64,000 nucleotides of DNA, from positions 5,708-69,707 of the forward strand of contig JADCHQ010000005.1 of the NCBI GenBank assembly GCA_020248405.1, in the 5' to 3' direction. The notes under the pieces are model-generated. The model saw only the letters and a program-made list of their open reading frames with translations, was not told where the DNA came from and searched no databases. This DNA is from Rhodocyclaceae bacterium (GTDB taxonomy: Bacteria > Pseudomonadota > Gammaproteobacteria > Burkholderiales > Ga0077523). Position 1 is the first letter of the stretch; the number at the start of each line of letters is the position of its first letter. The position numbers were made by a program, and so were the translations under genes. Positions 53,077 through 62,660 of the stretch are shown one piece after another.

Positions 53077-54217
53077 GCACGCCTTCGTAGAAGCCGGCCA
53101 TGCGCCGCGCCAGCGCGCCCGCCTGCCACTCCTGCACGTAGTCCCGGGCCTCGGCACAGAGGCGCGCGCGCAGGGCCGGGTCTTCGAGCAGGCGCACCAC
53201 GGCAGCGGCGAAGTCCGCCGGTTCGTCCCCCGGCACCAGCGCGCCGCGCCCGGGACCCACCACGTCGCGCGTGCCCATCACGGCCGTGGACACCACGGGA
53301 ATACCCAGCGCCATGGCCTCCAGCAGGACCAGCCCCTGGGTCTCGGTGCGCGAGGCGAACACGAAGGCGTCCGCCGCAGCGTAGCAGTCGAGCAGGGCGC
53401 CGCGGCGATCCAGGTAGCCGGCAAACCGCACCGCCTCCGCGAGCCCCAGCGAGTGCGCCTGACGGCGCAACGCGGGCAGTGCCGGGCCCTCCCCGGCGAT
53501 GGCCAACAAGGCACCCGGTACCCGTTGGCGAACCAGCCCCAGCGCTTCCAGCAGGAACCCGATGTTCTTCTCATGGGCCACGCGCCCCACGAACAGCAGC
53601 AACGGCGCCTCTGGGGCGATGCCCATGGCCTGCCGGAATCGCAAACCCGTCCCGCCACCGAAGTCGGCCAGCGGAATGCCGGTGGGAATTACGGCCATGG
53701 GCGCGCGCACGCCGTAGCCGGCCAGCACCTCGCCCATGGCCGAGGAGGGAACCACCAGGGCATCAACCGAATTGCCCTGGGCGCGGGAGAAACGCCGCGC
53801 CGCGGCGCGCATGAGGGCGCGCGGCAGGAAGGGCACGTAGTGAAACAGGTACTCCTCGAAGAACGTGTGGTAGGTCTCCACACAGGGCACACCCAGTTGG
53901 CGGGCGAGCCACAGACCCAGGTAGTGCGCCACGAAGGGCGTCTGCACGTGCACCAGATCGAAGCGCTCCCTGGCTAACGGGGGCAGCAAAGCGCGAATGG
54001 GTGCCGCGTGCATCATGCGGTCTTCCGGGTCCAGGGGCACCCGGCGGGAGGCAACGCGCAGGGTGCCGGGTTCGTCCGGCCAGGAAGATGGGTAGGCCGG
54101 CGCGATCAGCGCGGTGTGGTGCCCGAGTTCCCCAAGGGCCTGGCGGAAGGTTTGTATGGACGTGGAGACCCCATTGACCCGGGGAAAGTACACGTCCGAA
54201 ACGAGGAGGATGCGCAT
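53036..54217 (-). CDS. glycosyltransferase family 4 (GT-B fold)
   Basis: MRILLVSDVYFPRVNGVSTS, GRVAHEKN and ETQGLVLLEAMALGIPVV (E-x7-E region). It shows a 41-nt convergent overlap with the CIA30 gene. Confidence 0.85.
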   Translation of the reverse strand: MRILLVSDVYFPRVNGVSTSIQTFRQALGELGHHTALIAPAYPSSWPDEPGTLRVASRRVPLDPEDRMMHAAPIRALLPPLARERFDLVHVQTPFVAHYLGLWLARQLGVPCVETYHTFFEEYLFHYVPFLPRALMRAAARRFSRAQGNSVDALVVPSSAMGEVLAGYGVRAPMAVIPTGIPLADFGGGTGLRFRQAMGIAPEAPLLLFVGRVAHEKNIGFLLEALGLVRQRVPGALLAIAGEGPALPALRRQAHSLGLAEAVRFAGYLDRRGALLDCYAAADAFVFASRTETQGLVLLEAMALGIPVVSTAVMGTRDVVGPGRGALVPGDEPADFAAAVVRLLEDPALRARLCAEARDYVQEWQAGALARRMAGFYEGVLREAAPGASPVPG

Positions 54218-54277
54218 GCGGGATGCAATGTTGGCGTGGTCTTGTGACAGGGGTGCTACAGCCGGCGCGGAGGCGCC

Positions 54278-54745
54278 ATGATCGGGCTGCTGCAGCGCGT
54301 GTCGGAGGCGGGGGTGGAAGTGGACGGCGCGGTCAAGGGCGCCATCGGCCCGGGGCTGCTGGTGCTGCTGTGCGCTGAACCGGGGGATGGATCGCAGCAG
54401 GCCAGCCGCCTGGTGGACAAGGTGCTGCGGCTGCGCGTGTTCGCAGACGAGACGGGGCGCATGAACCGCTGCCTGCAAGACACGGGCGGCGGGCTGCTGC
54501 TGGTGCCTCAGTTCACCCTGGCCGCCGACCTGCGCGGCGGCAACCGGCCCAGTTTCAGCGGCGCTGCCCCGCCCGAGGAGGGCCGGCGGCTGTTTCAGCT
54601 GGCGCTGGAGCTGGCCCGTGAGCGCCACGGCCCCGTGGAAAGCGGCGTATTCGGCGCCCACATGCGCGTGGCCCTGGTGAACGACGGGCCGGTGACGCTG
54701 TGGGTGCGCATGGAGCCCGGGACGGCGAACGGGCAGCGCCCCTGA
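54278..54745 (+). CDS. dtd: D-aminoacyl-tRNA deacylase
   Basis: MIGLLQRV..., VPQFTLAAD, GVFGAHMRVALVNDGPVTLW. Confidence 0.9.
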   Translation: MIGLLQRVSEAGVEVDGAVKGAIGPGLLVLLCAEPGDGSQQASRLVDKVLRLRVFADETGRMNRCLQDTGGGLLLVPQFTLAADLRGGNRPSFSGAAPPEEGRRLFQLALELARERHGPVESGVFGAHMRVALVNDGPVTLWVRMEPGTANGQRP

Positions 54746-54770
54746 GGGCCAACGCCCAGCACCGCCGGCT

Positions 54771-56522
54771 TCAGCCCTGGCGCCCCGCCAGCCGCTGCCG
54801 TGCTCGCCGCCGCCGCGCTAGCCACCACGCTGGCGGCGCCGCCAGCGCCACGGCGAGCAACCCGAAGGCCACCACACCCACCTGGCTGTCGGAGAGCAAT
54901 GGCGGGGGCGGCCGCCAGTCGCGGATGTGACCGGGGTAGGGGCGCGGTTCGAGCGCGATGGTCTTCCACCGGGCGCGGTCGGCGGGTACGCGCGACAGGT
55001 AGTCCGCGGGCGAGGCGGCCGCGTCACGCCCGAAGGCGCGGCTCGAGGGAATCTGCGGGAAACGCAACCACGCCACCGCCACCGCGGAGTCGCGCAGCGC
55101 GCGCTCCAGTTCGCTCGGCGCGCGCCGGGCACGGCCCGACACCAGGTCCAGCAGGTCGGCGCCTAGGATCTCGAAGCCCGCGCGGGGCAGCAGGCGTGCC
55201 TGCTCCTCGATCAGGTAGTGCCAGGTGCCCCGCCCTGCACCGAAACTCCCCTCGGCGAGGCTGGTGACGAAGAAACCCGCCGTCGCCAGCACCCGGCTGT
55301 TGGGCCCGCGGCGCGGGTATCGCCACCCCGAGGCCTCCAGGGCATCGAGCGACAGGCCGGTGCAGTTGGCGCGGGCGTGGTCGAACTCCACATGGCGGCG
55401 CTGGAAGCGCTCGAGCAGCCGGTCGAGGGCGCGCTGCACCACGAGCGGCGCGGCCGGGTCGTCCAGCACCGCCACCAGCATCACCGAGGGCCGGTACCAC
55501 TGCTGGCCCGAGTTCACGTCGGTCATGTAGGCGTCCATGGGCAGGGTGGCGGGCAGGATGCCCTTCTCGCTCACCTTGTCCACCCCGTAGAAGTTGGTGA
55601 CCAGCCAGTGGTCGACGCGCCCGTCGCCGTCGAGACGGCCCGTGACCACCGCGAAGTGGCCGCCCAGGGCCTCGTCGTCGTCGCCCTGGGCGCCGTTCAG
55701 CATGAGGGCGAGCACGAAATGCTCGACCGGCACCCGCGCCGCCCCCGGCGAGCGCTCCCACAGCAGGCGCTGCTCGAAGGGCGCGCGCGCCCCGCCGCCA
55801 TCGCGCTCCATGAGCGCGGCGAGACTCTCGCCGGCGCCCGGAGGCCGGGCCTCCAGCGACGGGAGATCGAGGCGCCACTCCCGCGGCCACGCGGTGCGTG
55901 CCACGAACCGCGGGCGGGCCGCCTCATCGCTCTCCAGCCAGCCACGCAGGCGTAACTCGCGGCCATCGAGCCACGCGAAGGTGCCCGGGTCCATCCAGGA
56001 GCGGTTCTCCACAATGCGCGGCGCCCAGGCCAGCGCGAGGTGCCGGCCGTCGGGCAACCGCAGCGCATCGCCGGCCGGGGACGCCACGGCACGCGGCACC
56101 ACGGCCGGAGAGCCGTGCCACACCAGCGGGGGCAGGCGGTCTTCCCGATGACCGCCGCGGGCGCGCCATGCGGCCAGGTCCTCCAGCGCCGAAGCGGGGC
56201 TGCCGGTCACCGCCGCGGGCCCCTGCGCTGCGGGGCGGGCCGCGGTCTCGTGACGAAACCAGTGCCGCACCAGTGCCGGCACCGGACAGGGCTCGCACGG
56301 GTCCTGCAGCGGCACGTAGCGCGCGGCCTCGAACAACCCGAACCACTGGCCTTCGAAGGGCGACAGCGCCCACTGCGACACGGGGGGCACAGCCGCGGAA
56401 GATGGCGCTCCGCCCCCCCGCAGCGCGACCGAAGCCTCGCCGCCGGCGGCGAGGCTCGCCCCTGGCAGCCAGCACAGCGCGGCGAGCAGCAAGGGCAGCA
56501 GGGCGGTTGGCCGGGTACGCAT
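54771..56522 (-). CDS. hypothetical exported protein with C-terminal TM anchor
   Basis: Signal peptide MRTRPTALLPLLLAALCWLPGASLAA. The C-terminus is VGVVAFGLLAVALAAPPAWWLARRRRARQ. The central block is GGHFAVVTG...FDHARANCTGLSLDAL. I recognise no family with confidence. Confidence 0.6.
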   Translation of the reverse strand: MRTRPTALLPLLLAALCWLPGASLAAGGEASVALRGGGAPSSAAVPPVSQWALSPFEGQWFGLFEAARYVPLQDPCEPCPVPALVRHWFRHETAARPAAQGPAAVTGSPASALEDLAAWRARGGHREDRLPPLVWHGSPAVVPRAVASPAGDALRLPDGRHLALAWAPRIVENRSWMDPGTFAWLDGRELRLRGWLESDEAARPRFVARTAWPREWRLDLPSLEARPPGAGESLAALMERDGGGARAPFEQRLLWERSPGAARVPVEHFVLALMLNGAQGDDDEALGGHFAVVTGRLDGDGRVDHWLVTNFYGVDKVSEKGILPATLPMDAYMTDVNSGQQWYRPSVMLVAVLDDPAAPLVVQRALDRLLERFQRRHVEFDHARANCTGLSLDALEASGWRYPRRGPNSRVLATAGFFVTSLAEGSFGAGRGTWHYLIEEQARLLPRAGFEILGADLLDLVSGRARRAPSELERALRDSAVAVAWLRFPQIPSSRAFGRDAAASPADYLSRVPADRARWKTIALEPRPYPGHIRDWRPPPPLLSDSQVGVVAFGLLAVALAAPPAWWLARRRRARQRLAGRQG

Positions 56523-56569
56523 CGGGGCAAAGCCTACCCGAAGCGCCGGCGACTACAATCCCGGGCTTC

Positions 56570-57766
56570 GTGAATCGCGAGCCCCCCGTGTCCTGGATCA
56601 CCGGCATCGGCCTCACATCCTTCGGCAGGCATCCTGGCCGCCAAACACTCGACCTCATGTCCGAGGCGGCGCAAGCCGCGCTGCTCGACGCGCGGCTCGA
56701 GCGCGGCCAGGTGGACGGCCTGCTCACCGGCTACTCCACCACCTTCCCCCACCTGATGCTGGCCACGGTGTTCGCCGAGCACTTCGGCCTGCGCCCCGCC
56801 TACGCGCACGCGCTGCAGGTGGGCGGCGCCACCGGCTTCGCCATGGTGATGCTGGCGCACCTCCTGGTGGACAGCGGCGCGGCGCAGCGCGTGCTGGTGG
56901 TGGCGGGCGAGAACCGGCTCACGGGTCAGAGCCGCGACGCGGCCGTGCAGGTCTTGGCGCAGGTGGGGCACCCCGAGTACGAAGTGCCCCTGGGGGCCAC
57001 CATCCCCGCCTACTACGGGCTGGTGGCCTCGCGCTGGATTTACGAGCGCGCCCTCGACGCGGGGTCGCGGGCGCCGGACGACGCCGATTCGCTGCACTGG
57101 CAGCGCGAGCTGGCCGAGCTGGCCGTGCTCATGCGGCGCCACGCCGCAGGGCACCCCGGCGCGCAGTTTCGCGAACCCATCGGGCTAGAGGACGTGATGG
57201 CCTCCAAGGCTGTGGCGAGCCCGCTCAAGCTGCTGGACTGCTGCCCGGTGTCCGACGGCGCGGCGGCGTTCGTGGTGAGCCGCAGCCGCGGCGACGGTCA
57301 TGCCGTGCGCATCGCCGGCACGGGCCAGGCCCACACCCACCAGCACATCAGCGCCGCACCCAGCCTGGTGCGCTACGGCGCCGCCGAATCCATGGCGCGC
57401 GCCGCCGCCGCGGCCGGCTTCGGGCCGCGCCACTGCCGCTACGCGGCGGTATATGACAGCTTCACCATCACCCTGGCCATCCTGCTGGAAGAGCTGGGCC
57501 TGGCGCCGGCGGGCGAGGCTGGCCGCTGCGCGCGCGAGGGCGAGTTCTCCGCCGGCGGGCGCCTGCCCCTCAACACCCACGGCGGCCTGCTCTCCTACGG
57601 CCACTGCGGCGTGGGCGGCGCCATGGCGCACCTGGCCGAGGCGCACCTGCAGCTCACCGGCCGCGCCGGCGAGCGCCAGTGCGGGCAGCCGGAAAGGGCT
57701 GTGCTGCACGGCGACGGCGGCGTGCTCTCCTCCCACGTGAGCCTGCTGCTGGCACGGGAGGGCTGA
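56570..57766 (+). CDS. thiolase-fold protein (SCP-x/lipid-transfer-type, DUF35-partnered)
   Basis: ITGIGLTSFGRH at the N-terminus and NTHGGLLSYGHCGVGGAM near the C-terminus. The start is the GTG at 56570 or at 56588. Its stop overlaps the next ATG (TGATG). Confidence 0.8.
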   Translation: MNREPPVSWITGIGLTSFGRHPGRQTLDLMSEAAQAALLDARLERGQVDGLLTGYSTTFPHLMLATVFAEHFGLRPAYAHALQVGGATGFAMVMLAHLLVDSGAAQRVLVVAGENRLTGQSRDAAVQVLAQVGHPEYEVPLGATIPAYYGLVASRWIYERALDAGSRAPDDADSLHWQRELAELAVLMRRHAAGHPGAQFREPIGLEDVMASKAVASPLKLLDCCPVSDGAAAFVVSRSRGDGHAVRIAGTGQAHTHQHISAAPSLVRYGAAESMARAAAAAGFGPRHCRYAAVYDSFTITLAILLEELGLAPAGEAGRCAREGEFSAGGRLPLNTHGGLLSYGHCGVGGAMAHLAEAHLQLTGRAGERQCGQPERAVLHGDGGVLSSHVSLLLAREG

Positions 57767-58128
57767 TGAGCGAAGAACCGAGGGACTGGACCCGCGGTGC
57801 GGAGGGCATCGCCTTCCAGCGCTGCAGCGGCTGCGGGCACGCGTGGTACTTCCGCCGCAGCTTCTGTCCCGCCTGCGGAGCACCGGAGCCGCGGGCGGTG
57901 CAGGCCAGCGGCGCGGGGCGGGTGCACGCCGTCACCGAGGTGGCGCGCGCGCCCAGCGAGGCGCTGCGTGCCCGTGCTCCCTATTGCATCGCCCTGGTGG
58001 ACGCCGACGAAGGCTTCCGCCTCATGGCCCACGTGGAACGCGGCACGCACATCGGCGACCGCGTGCAGGCGCGCTTTCTCGAATTCGGCGGCCGGCCGGT
58101 TCCGGTCTTCTTCAAGGCGAATCCATGA
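57766..58128 (+). CDS. Zn-ribbon OB-fold protein (DUF35)
   Basis: CSGCGHAWYFRRSFCPACGA zinc ribbon followed by an OB-fold segment. 120 aa. It shows an ATGA overlap with the next gene. Confidence 0.8.
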   Translation: MSEEPRDWTRGAEGIAFQRCSGCGHAWYFRRSFCPACGAPEPRAVQASGAGRVHAVTEVARAPSEALRARAPYCIALVDADEGFRLMAHVERGTHIGDRVQARFLEFGGRPVPVFFKANP

Positions 58129-60212
58129 CCCCCTCGCTGCGCGCCGCGCTCAATCCCGCCTCGGTGGCGGTGATCGGCGCCTCGGAAAACCCCGACAAGA
58201 TCGGCGGACGGCCGCTGTTCTACCTCGCCCGCCACGGCTACCGCGGCACGGTGTTCGCCGTGAACCCGCGCCGCAGCGAGACCCAGGGCTTCCCGACCGT
58301 GCCGCGGCTCGCCGACCTGCCTGTGGCGCCCGAGGCGGCCATCGTGGCGCTGCCGGGCGAGGCCGCCGAGCAGGCTGTGGCCGAGTGCGCGCTCATGGGC
58401 GTGAAGGTGTGCGTGACCATGTCCTCGGGCTTCGGCGAGACCGGCACTGCGGAAGGCCGCGCCGCCGAAGCGCGCATGGTGGCCGCTGCGCGCGCCACGG
58501 GCATGCGCATGATCGGCCCCAACGCCCAGGGGGTGGCCAATTTCGGTACCGGGGCCGTGCTGAGCTTCTCCTCCATGTTCATCGAGGAGCCGCCCAAGGA
58601 CGGGCCGGTGGGCATGGTGAGCCAGAGCGGCGCCATGAGCGTGGTGCCCTACGGCATGCTGCGCGCGCGGGGCATCGGTGTGCGCTATGCGCACGCCACC
58701 GGCAACGACGCCGACGTGAGCGTGGCCGAACTGGCCGCCGAGTGCGCGGCCGATCCGGACCTCAAGCTGCTGCTGCTCTACCTGGAGAGCATCCCCGACC
58801 CCGCGCCGCTGGCCGAGGCCGCCCGCGTGGCGCGCGCCCGCGGACTGCCGGTGGTGGCCCTCAAGTCCGGGCGCACCGCCGCCGGCCAGCAGGCGGCGCG
58901 CTCGCACACCGGCGCGCTGGCCAACGAGGATCGCCTGGTGGACGCGCTGCTGGAAGACCTGGGCATCTGGCGCGCCGAGGACCTGCGCGGCCTAGTGCAG
59001 GCCACCGAGATCTACCTCAAGGGCTGGAAGCCCCGCGGCCGCCGGCTCGTGGCCATCAGCAACTCCGGCGCCGTGTGCGTGATGGCCGCCGACGCCGCCA
59101 CCCGCCTGGGGCTGGAGATGGCGCCCATCGCCGAATCCACCCGCGCCGCCATGCGGGCGGTGCTGCCTGCCTTCGCCACCGTCACCAACCCCATCGACCT
59201 CACCGCCGCGCTGCTCACCAACAGCGCTCTATTCAGCCAGATCCTGCCCATCCTGGCGGGAGATCCGGCGGCCGACGCCTGCCTCATCGGCCTGCCGGTG
59301 GCCGGCGCAGCCTATGACGTGAACGCCTTTGCGCGCGACACCGCCGCCTTCGCGCAGACCACCGGCCTGCCCACGGTGGCGGCGATCCCTCAGCGTCCCG
59401 TGGCGGAACCCTTCCGCGCCCTGGGGGTGCCGGTGTTTGAGACCGAGGCCGAGGCCGTGGCAGCCCTGGCTCAAGTGGCGGCACACCACGAGCGCATGGC
59501 CCGGGCGCGTGATGGCGCGCCATCGCGGCCGGCCCCTCCGCGGCCCGCGCACATGCTCAACGAAGCCGACAGCCTGGCGCTGCTGGCTTCCGCGGGCGTG
59601 ACCGTGGTGAAACATCGCCTGTGCGGCACGGCGGACGAGGCCGTGGCCGCGATGCGCGAGATCGGCGGGCCGGTGGCGGTGAAGGGATGCTCGAGGGACG
59701 TGGCGCACAAGTCCGAGCTGGGGCTGGTACGCCTGGGAGTGAGGGACGAGACCGGCGTACGCCAGGCGTTTGCAGCCCTGCGCGACGTGCTGGCACGCCA
59801 CGGCCACGCCTTCGACGGCGTGCTGGTGGCGGCCATGGCGCAAGGACGCCGCGAGCTGCTGCTGGGCGCCCATCTCGACCCGCAGTTCGGCCCCGTGGTG
59901 GTGGTGGGCGATGGCGGCAAGTACGTGGAGGCCATGCCAGACACGGCCGTACTGCTGCCGCCCTTCGACCGCGAGGCGCTGCTGCGCGCCCTGCGCCGCC
60001 TGCGCATTGCGCCGCTGCTCGCCGGCGTGCGCGGCGAAGCGCCCATGGCGGTGGAGGCATTCGCCGACGCGGCGGTGGCGGTGGGACGGCTCGTGCTGGA
60101 GCGCGCGCCGCGCATCACCAGCCTGGACATCAACCCCCTGCTGGTGGGCGACGCCGGGCGCGGCTGCGTGGCGCTGGACGCCGTGGTGTACGAGGAAGGC
60201 CCTGGCGCGTGA
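58125..60212 (+). CDS. acetate--CoA ligase family protein (NDP-forming acyl-CoA synthetase, fused alpha/beta)
   Basis: CoA-binding start [15 protein letters not shown]. Phosphohistidine loop ARSHTGALA. The C-terminal ATP-grasp part is [15 protein letters not shown]...PVAVKG. 695 aa. Confidence 0.85.
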   Translation: MTPSLRAALNPASVAVIGASENPDKIGGRPLFYLARHGYRGTVFAVNPRRSETQGFPTVPRLADLPVAPEAAIVALPGEAAEQAVAECALMGVKVCVTMSSGFGETGTAEGRAAEARMVAAARATGMRMIGPNAQGVANFGTGAVLSFSSMFIEEPPKDGPVGMVSQSGAMSVVPYGMLRARGIGVRYAHATGNDADVSVAELAAECAADPDLKLLLLYLESIPDPAPLAEAARVARARGLPVVALKSGRTAAGQQAARSHTGALANEDRLVDALLEDLGIWRAEDLRGLVQATEIYLKGWKPRGRRLVAISNSGAVCVMAADAATRLGLEMAPIAESTRAAMRAVLPAFATVTNPIDLTAALLTNSALFSQILPILAGDPAADACLIGLPVAGAAYDVNAFARDTAAFAQTTGLPTVAAIPQRPVAEPFRALGVPVFETEAEAVAALAQVAAHHERMARARDGAPSRPAPPRPAHMLNEADSLALLASAGVTVVKHRLCGTADEAVAAMREIGGPVAVKGCSRDVAHKSELGLVRLGVRDETGVRQAFAALRDVLARHGHAFDGVLVAAMAQGRRELLLGAHLDPQFGPVVVVGDGGKYVEAMPDTAVLLPPFDREALLRALRRLRIAPLLAGVRGEAPMAVEAFADAAVAVGRLVLERAPRITSLDINPLLVGDAGRGCVALDAVVYEEGPGA

Positions 60213-60220
60213 AGGTGCTG

Positions 60221-60538
60221 ATGGCGGGCGGGCTGTTCCTCCTCACCGCCATCGCGGAGATCCTCGGCTGCTATCTGCCGTGGATGTGGCTGAAAGGAAA
60301 GGCGGGTGCGTGGGTGCTGCTTCCGGCAGCGGCGAGCCTTGCGCTGTTCGTCTGGCTGCTCTCGCTGCACCCCGCGGCGGCTGGACGGGTCTACGCGGCC
60401 TACGGCGGCGTGTACGTGGCCACCGCGCTGGCATGGCTGTGGGTGGTGGACGGCATCCGGCCCACGGCATGGGACGTGGCAGGCGCGGGAATCGCCTTGG
60501 CGGGCATGGCGATCATCGTGGCCGCGGACAGGAGCTAG
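60221..60538 (+). CDS. ynfA: YnfA family (UPF0060) small membrane protein
   Basis: Near-collinear with E. coli YnfA as I recall it: [55 protein letters not shown]. An alternative GTG at 60209 overlaps the upstream TGA. Confidence 0.85.
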   Translation: MAGGLFLLTAIAEILGCYLPWMWLKGKAGAWVLLPAAASLALFVWLLSLHPAAAGRVYAAYGGVYVATALAWLWVVDGIRPTAWDVAGAGIALAGMAIIVAADRS

Positions 60539-60595
60539 GAGCGGCGGCGGAGGGCGATACTCGGCGCGCCCTGGCGCCAGGGACTGCCGCCGTGC

Positions 60596-61651
60596 TCAGC
60601 CCGCCCTGCTCTCCAGGAACGCCCGCGCCCCCGCGGGCAGGAAAGCCCGGCCCCACCGGCCGATGGCAGCCTCGTGGCGCTGCCACTTCACGCCCAGCCA
60701 GATCACCCCGAAGCCGATGCCCGACAGCGCCACGGGGAACAGCAGGCTGTCGCGGAACACCGTGTGCGACAGGTGGCCCAGGTACAGGGCCACGCCGATG
60801 CCGCCGAAAGCCGCAAACACGCGCCGCGACAGGGCCGCGCCCACGGCGATTAGCAGCACGTTGATGCCGCAGTAGGCCAGCTTGCCCAACTCGCTGTGGG
60901 AATCCATGCTGGTGAGGCCGCCCCAGAAGGCCATCACGCCGAACACGTAAAGCCAGAAGGCGAAGTCGCGCTCGGGCGTGCTGCGCAGATCCACCCGGAA
61001 CGCCGCCAGCATCATGCCCAGCCCGAAGCACGTGGAGATGCGCTTGCCGGTGTCGGAGTAGAAGTGCCCGCTCTCACCGCCCAGCAGCATGGGTACCAGG
61101 TCCATGCTCGTGCACCACAGCGTCACCGCCAGCGGCATCACCATGAAGGGCAGCCGGTAGCGCCACAGGGCGGCCACACCGGCCGCCAGCGTGGCCAGCT
61201 CCATGACCAGCCAGCGCCAGTCGATGTACTGGTGGTAGGCGCGGTAGGTGTCCTCGCGCAGCGCGTTCGGCGGCCACTGGCCCAGGGTGTGCTGGAGGGC
61301 GTACACGGCCAGGGGCACCAGCGCCACGGCCAGCGCGCCGGTGATGCCCGCCGGGATGGGCAGGCCACGGCGATGTAGCAGCACCTCGGTGAGCATCACC
61401 GCCAGGGCGATGTAGGCCAGGGAAATGCAGAGCAGCCCCGGGCCGCCGAACTGCTGCCAGCCCAGGGTGATGAACAGCGTCATGGCGCCGATGGCGATCA
61501 TGCCGCCGAAGTAGTAGAGGATGTGGGACGGCCGGAACGAGGGCGTGTCGCCCTCGCGCTGCGCGAGGAACTCCCACAGGGCAGCGGCCTGGGCGGCGGA
61601 GACGATGCCCTGGGCCGCTGCCTCGTGAAGCGATTTGCGGGTGATGCGCAT
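60596..61651 (-). CDS. hypothetical multi-pass membrane protein (possibly DUF2157-like)
   Basis: 351 aa. It has a soluble N-terminal helix (LHEAAAQGIVSAAQAAALWEFL) followed by about 9 TM helices. The family call is from memory only. Confidence 0.65.
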   Translation of the reverse strand: MRITRKSLHEAAAQGIVSAAQAAALWEFLAQREGDTPSFRPSHILYYFGGMIAIGAMTLFITLGWQQFGGPGLLCISLAYIALAVMLTEVLLHRRGLPIPAGITGALAVALVPLAVYALQHTLGQWPPNALREDTYRAYHQYIDWRWLVMELATLAAGVAALWRYRLPFMVMPLAVTLWCTSMDLVPMLLGGESGHFYSDTGKRISTCFGLGMMLAAFRVDLRSTPERDFAFWLYVFGVMAFWGGLTSMDSHSELGKLAYCGINVLLIAVGAALSRRVFAAFGGIGVALYLGHLSHTVFRDSLLFPVALSGIGFGVIWLGVKWQRHEAAIGRWGRAFLPAGARAFLESRAG

Positions 61652-61782
61652 GGGCGCTTCTCTCGATCAAGTGATGGTGCGGGCGTTCGGTTCAGCGCCC
61701 GCGGGTGTGCCGGCCTTGACCTTGTCGCCGCCGCCATGCCTCCAGGGCCACCGCGGAAAGCGCGGCGGTTTGCCACGCGCGG

Positions 61783-62184
61783 TCAGTCATGGGACAGATG
61801 CGCCAGCGCGCCGGCGTTGCGTTCCCAGTTGCGCCCGTCGAAGGGCTCGACGCTGAAGGCCTGCAGCGTGCCCCCGTCGAGGCAGCGCACGTTCACGCTG
61901 AATCCGTCGGGGTTGGAGCGCGGCACGTAGAACGACTTGATGCCGCACACCCTGCAGAACAGGTGCCTCGCCACACCGGTGCCGAAGGTGTAGGCGACCA
62001 GCGCATCGCCGCCGGACAGCAACCGGAAGCGCGATGCCGGCACGATCAGGTGCAGGTAGCCGGTGCGGCTGCAGATGGAGCAGTTGCACTCGTGCACCAC
62101 CGGGTTGTGGGGCGCGTCCGCCTCGAAGCGCACGCGCCCGCAGTGGCAACCGCCCGCATGGGTGAGGAATGGCTCGTCGGGCAT
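61783..62184 (-). CDS. GFA (glutathione-dependent formaldehyde-activating / CENP-V) family protein
   Basis: Cys ligand pattern GGCHCGRVRFE, CNCSIC, CRVCG. 133 aa. Confidence 0.85.
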   Translation of the reverse strand: MPDEPFLTHAGGCHCGRVRFEADAPHNPVVHECNCSICSRTGYLHLIVPASRFRLLSGGDALVAYTFGTGVARHLFCRVCGIKSFYVPRSNPDGFSVNVRCLDGGTLQAFSVEPFDGRNWERNAGALAHLSHD

Positions 62185-62208
62185 GGCGTCTCCTCCGTGG
62201 CGGGGGGC

Positions 62209-62649
62209 TCAGCGCAGCAGGTCGTTCATCCGCTGCCGCACGTACTCGGGAATCGCCGCGTCCCAGGCGGCTTCCTCCCCGGGCAGCGGCAGCAGCTGGC
62301 CCCACTCGGCGATCTGGCGGGCGGGCACGTCCACGATGTACACCTGCACGTGGCTGGGATGGGTGGCGGCGATCTCGGCCGTGGCGTTCATCAACTCGAG
62401 GATGAGGCGCTCCTTGAGCGCCTGGCCGCGGCCGGCGCGGATCTGGCCGTGCACGAAGAGGTTGTCGTCGCGCAGGGGTTTGCCCCCCAGGTAGTAGTTG
62501 CCGGGCGCCACGTCGCTGAACAGCACCTGGGCGAAATAGGCGGGCGCGCCGGTGAGGCGGCAGTGGGTCTCGGTGATGCGGGCGGCAAGCCGGTCCTTCT
62601 GGCCTGGCGACAGGCGCCCCGCTGGCGCGGTCACGACGTAGGTGGGCAT
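62209..62649 (-). CDS. tautomerase superfamily protein (Pro-1, cis-CaaD/4-OT-like, about 146 aa)
   Basis: It starts MPTYVV (catalytic Pro after Met). Two beta-alpha-beta-like halves are visible. The long upstream ORF extension is not protein-like. Confidence 0.75.
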   Translation of the reverse strand: MPTYVVTAPAGRLSPGQKDRLAARITETHCRLTGAPAYFAQVLFSDVAPGNYYLGGKPLRDDNLFVHGQIRAGRGQALKERLILELMNATAEIAATHPSHVQVYIVDVPARQIAEWGQLLPLPGEEAAWDAAIPEYVRQRMNDLLR

Positions 62650-62660
62650 GGGTCGGCTCC

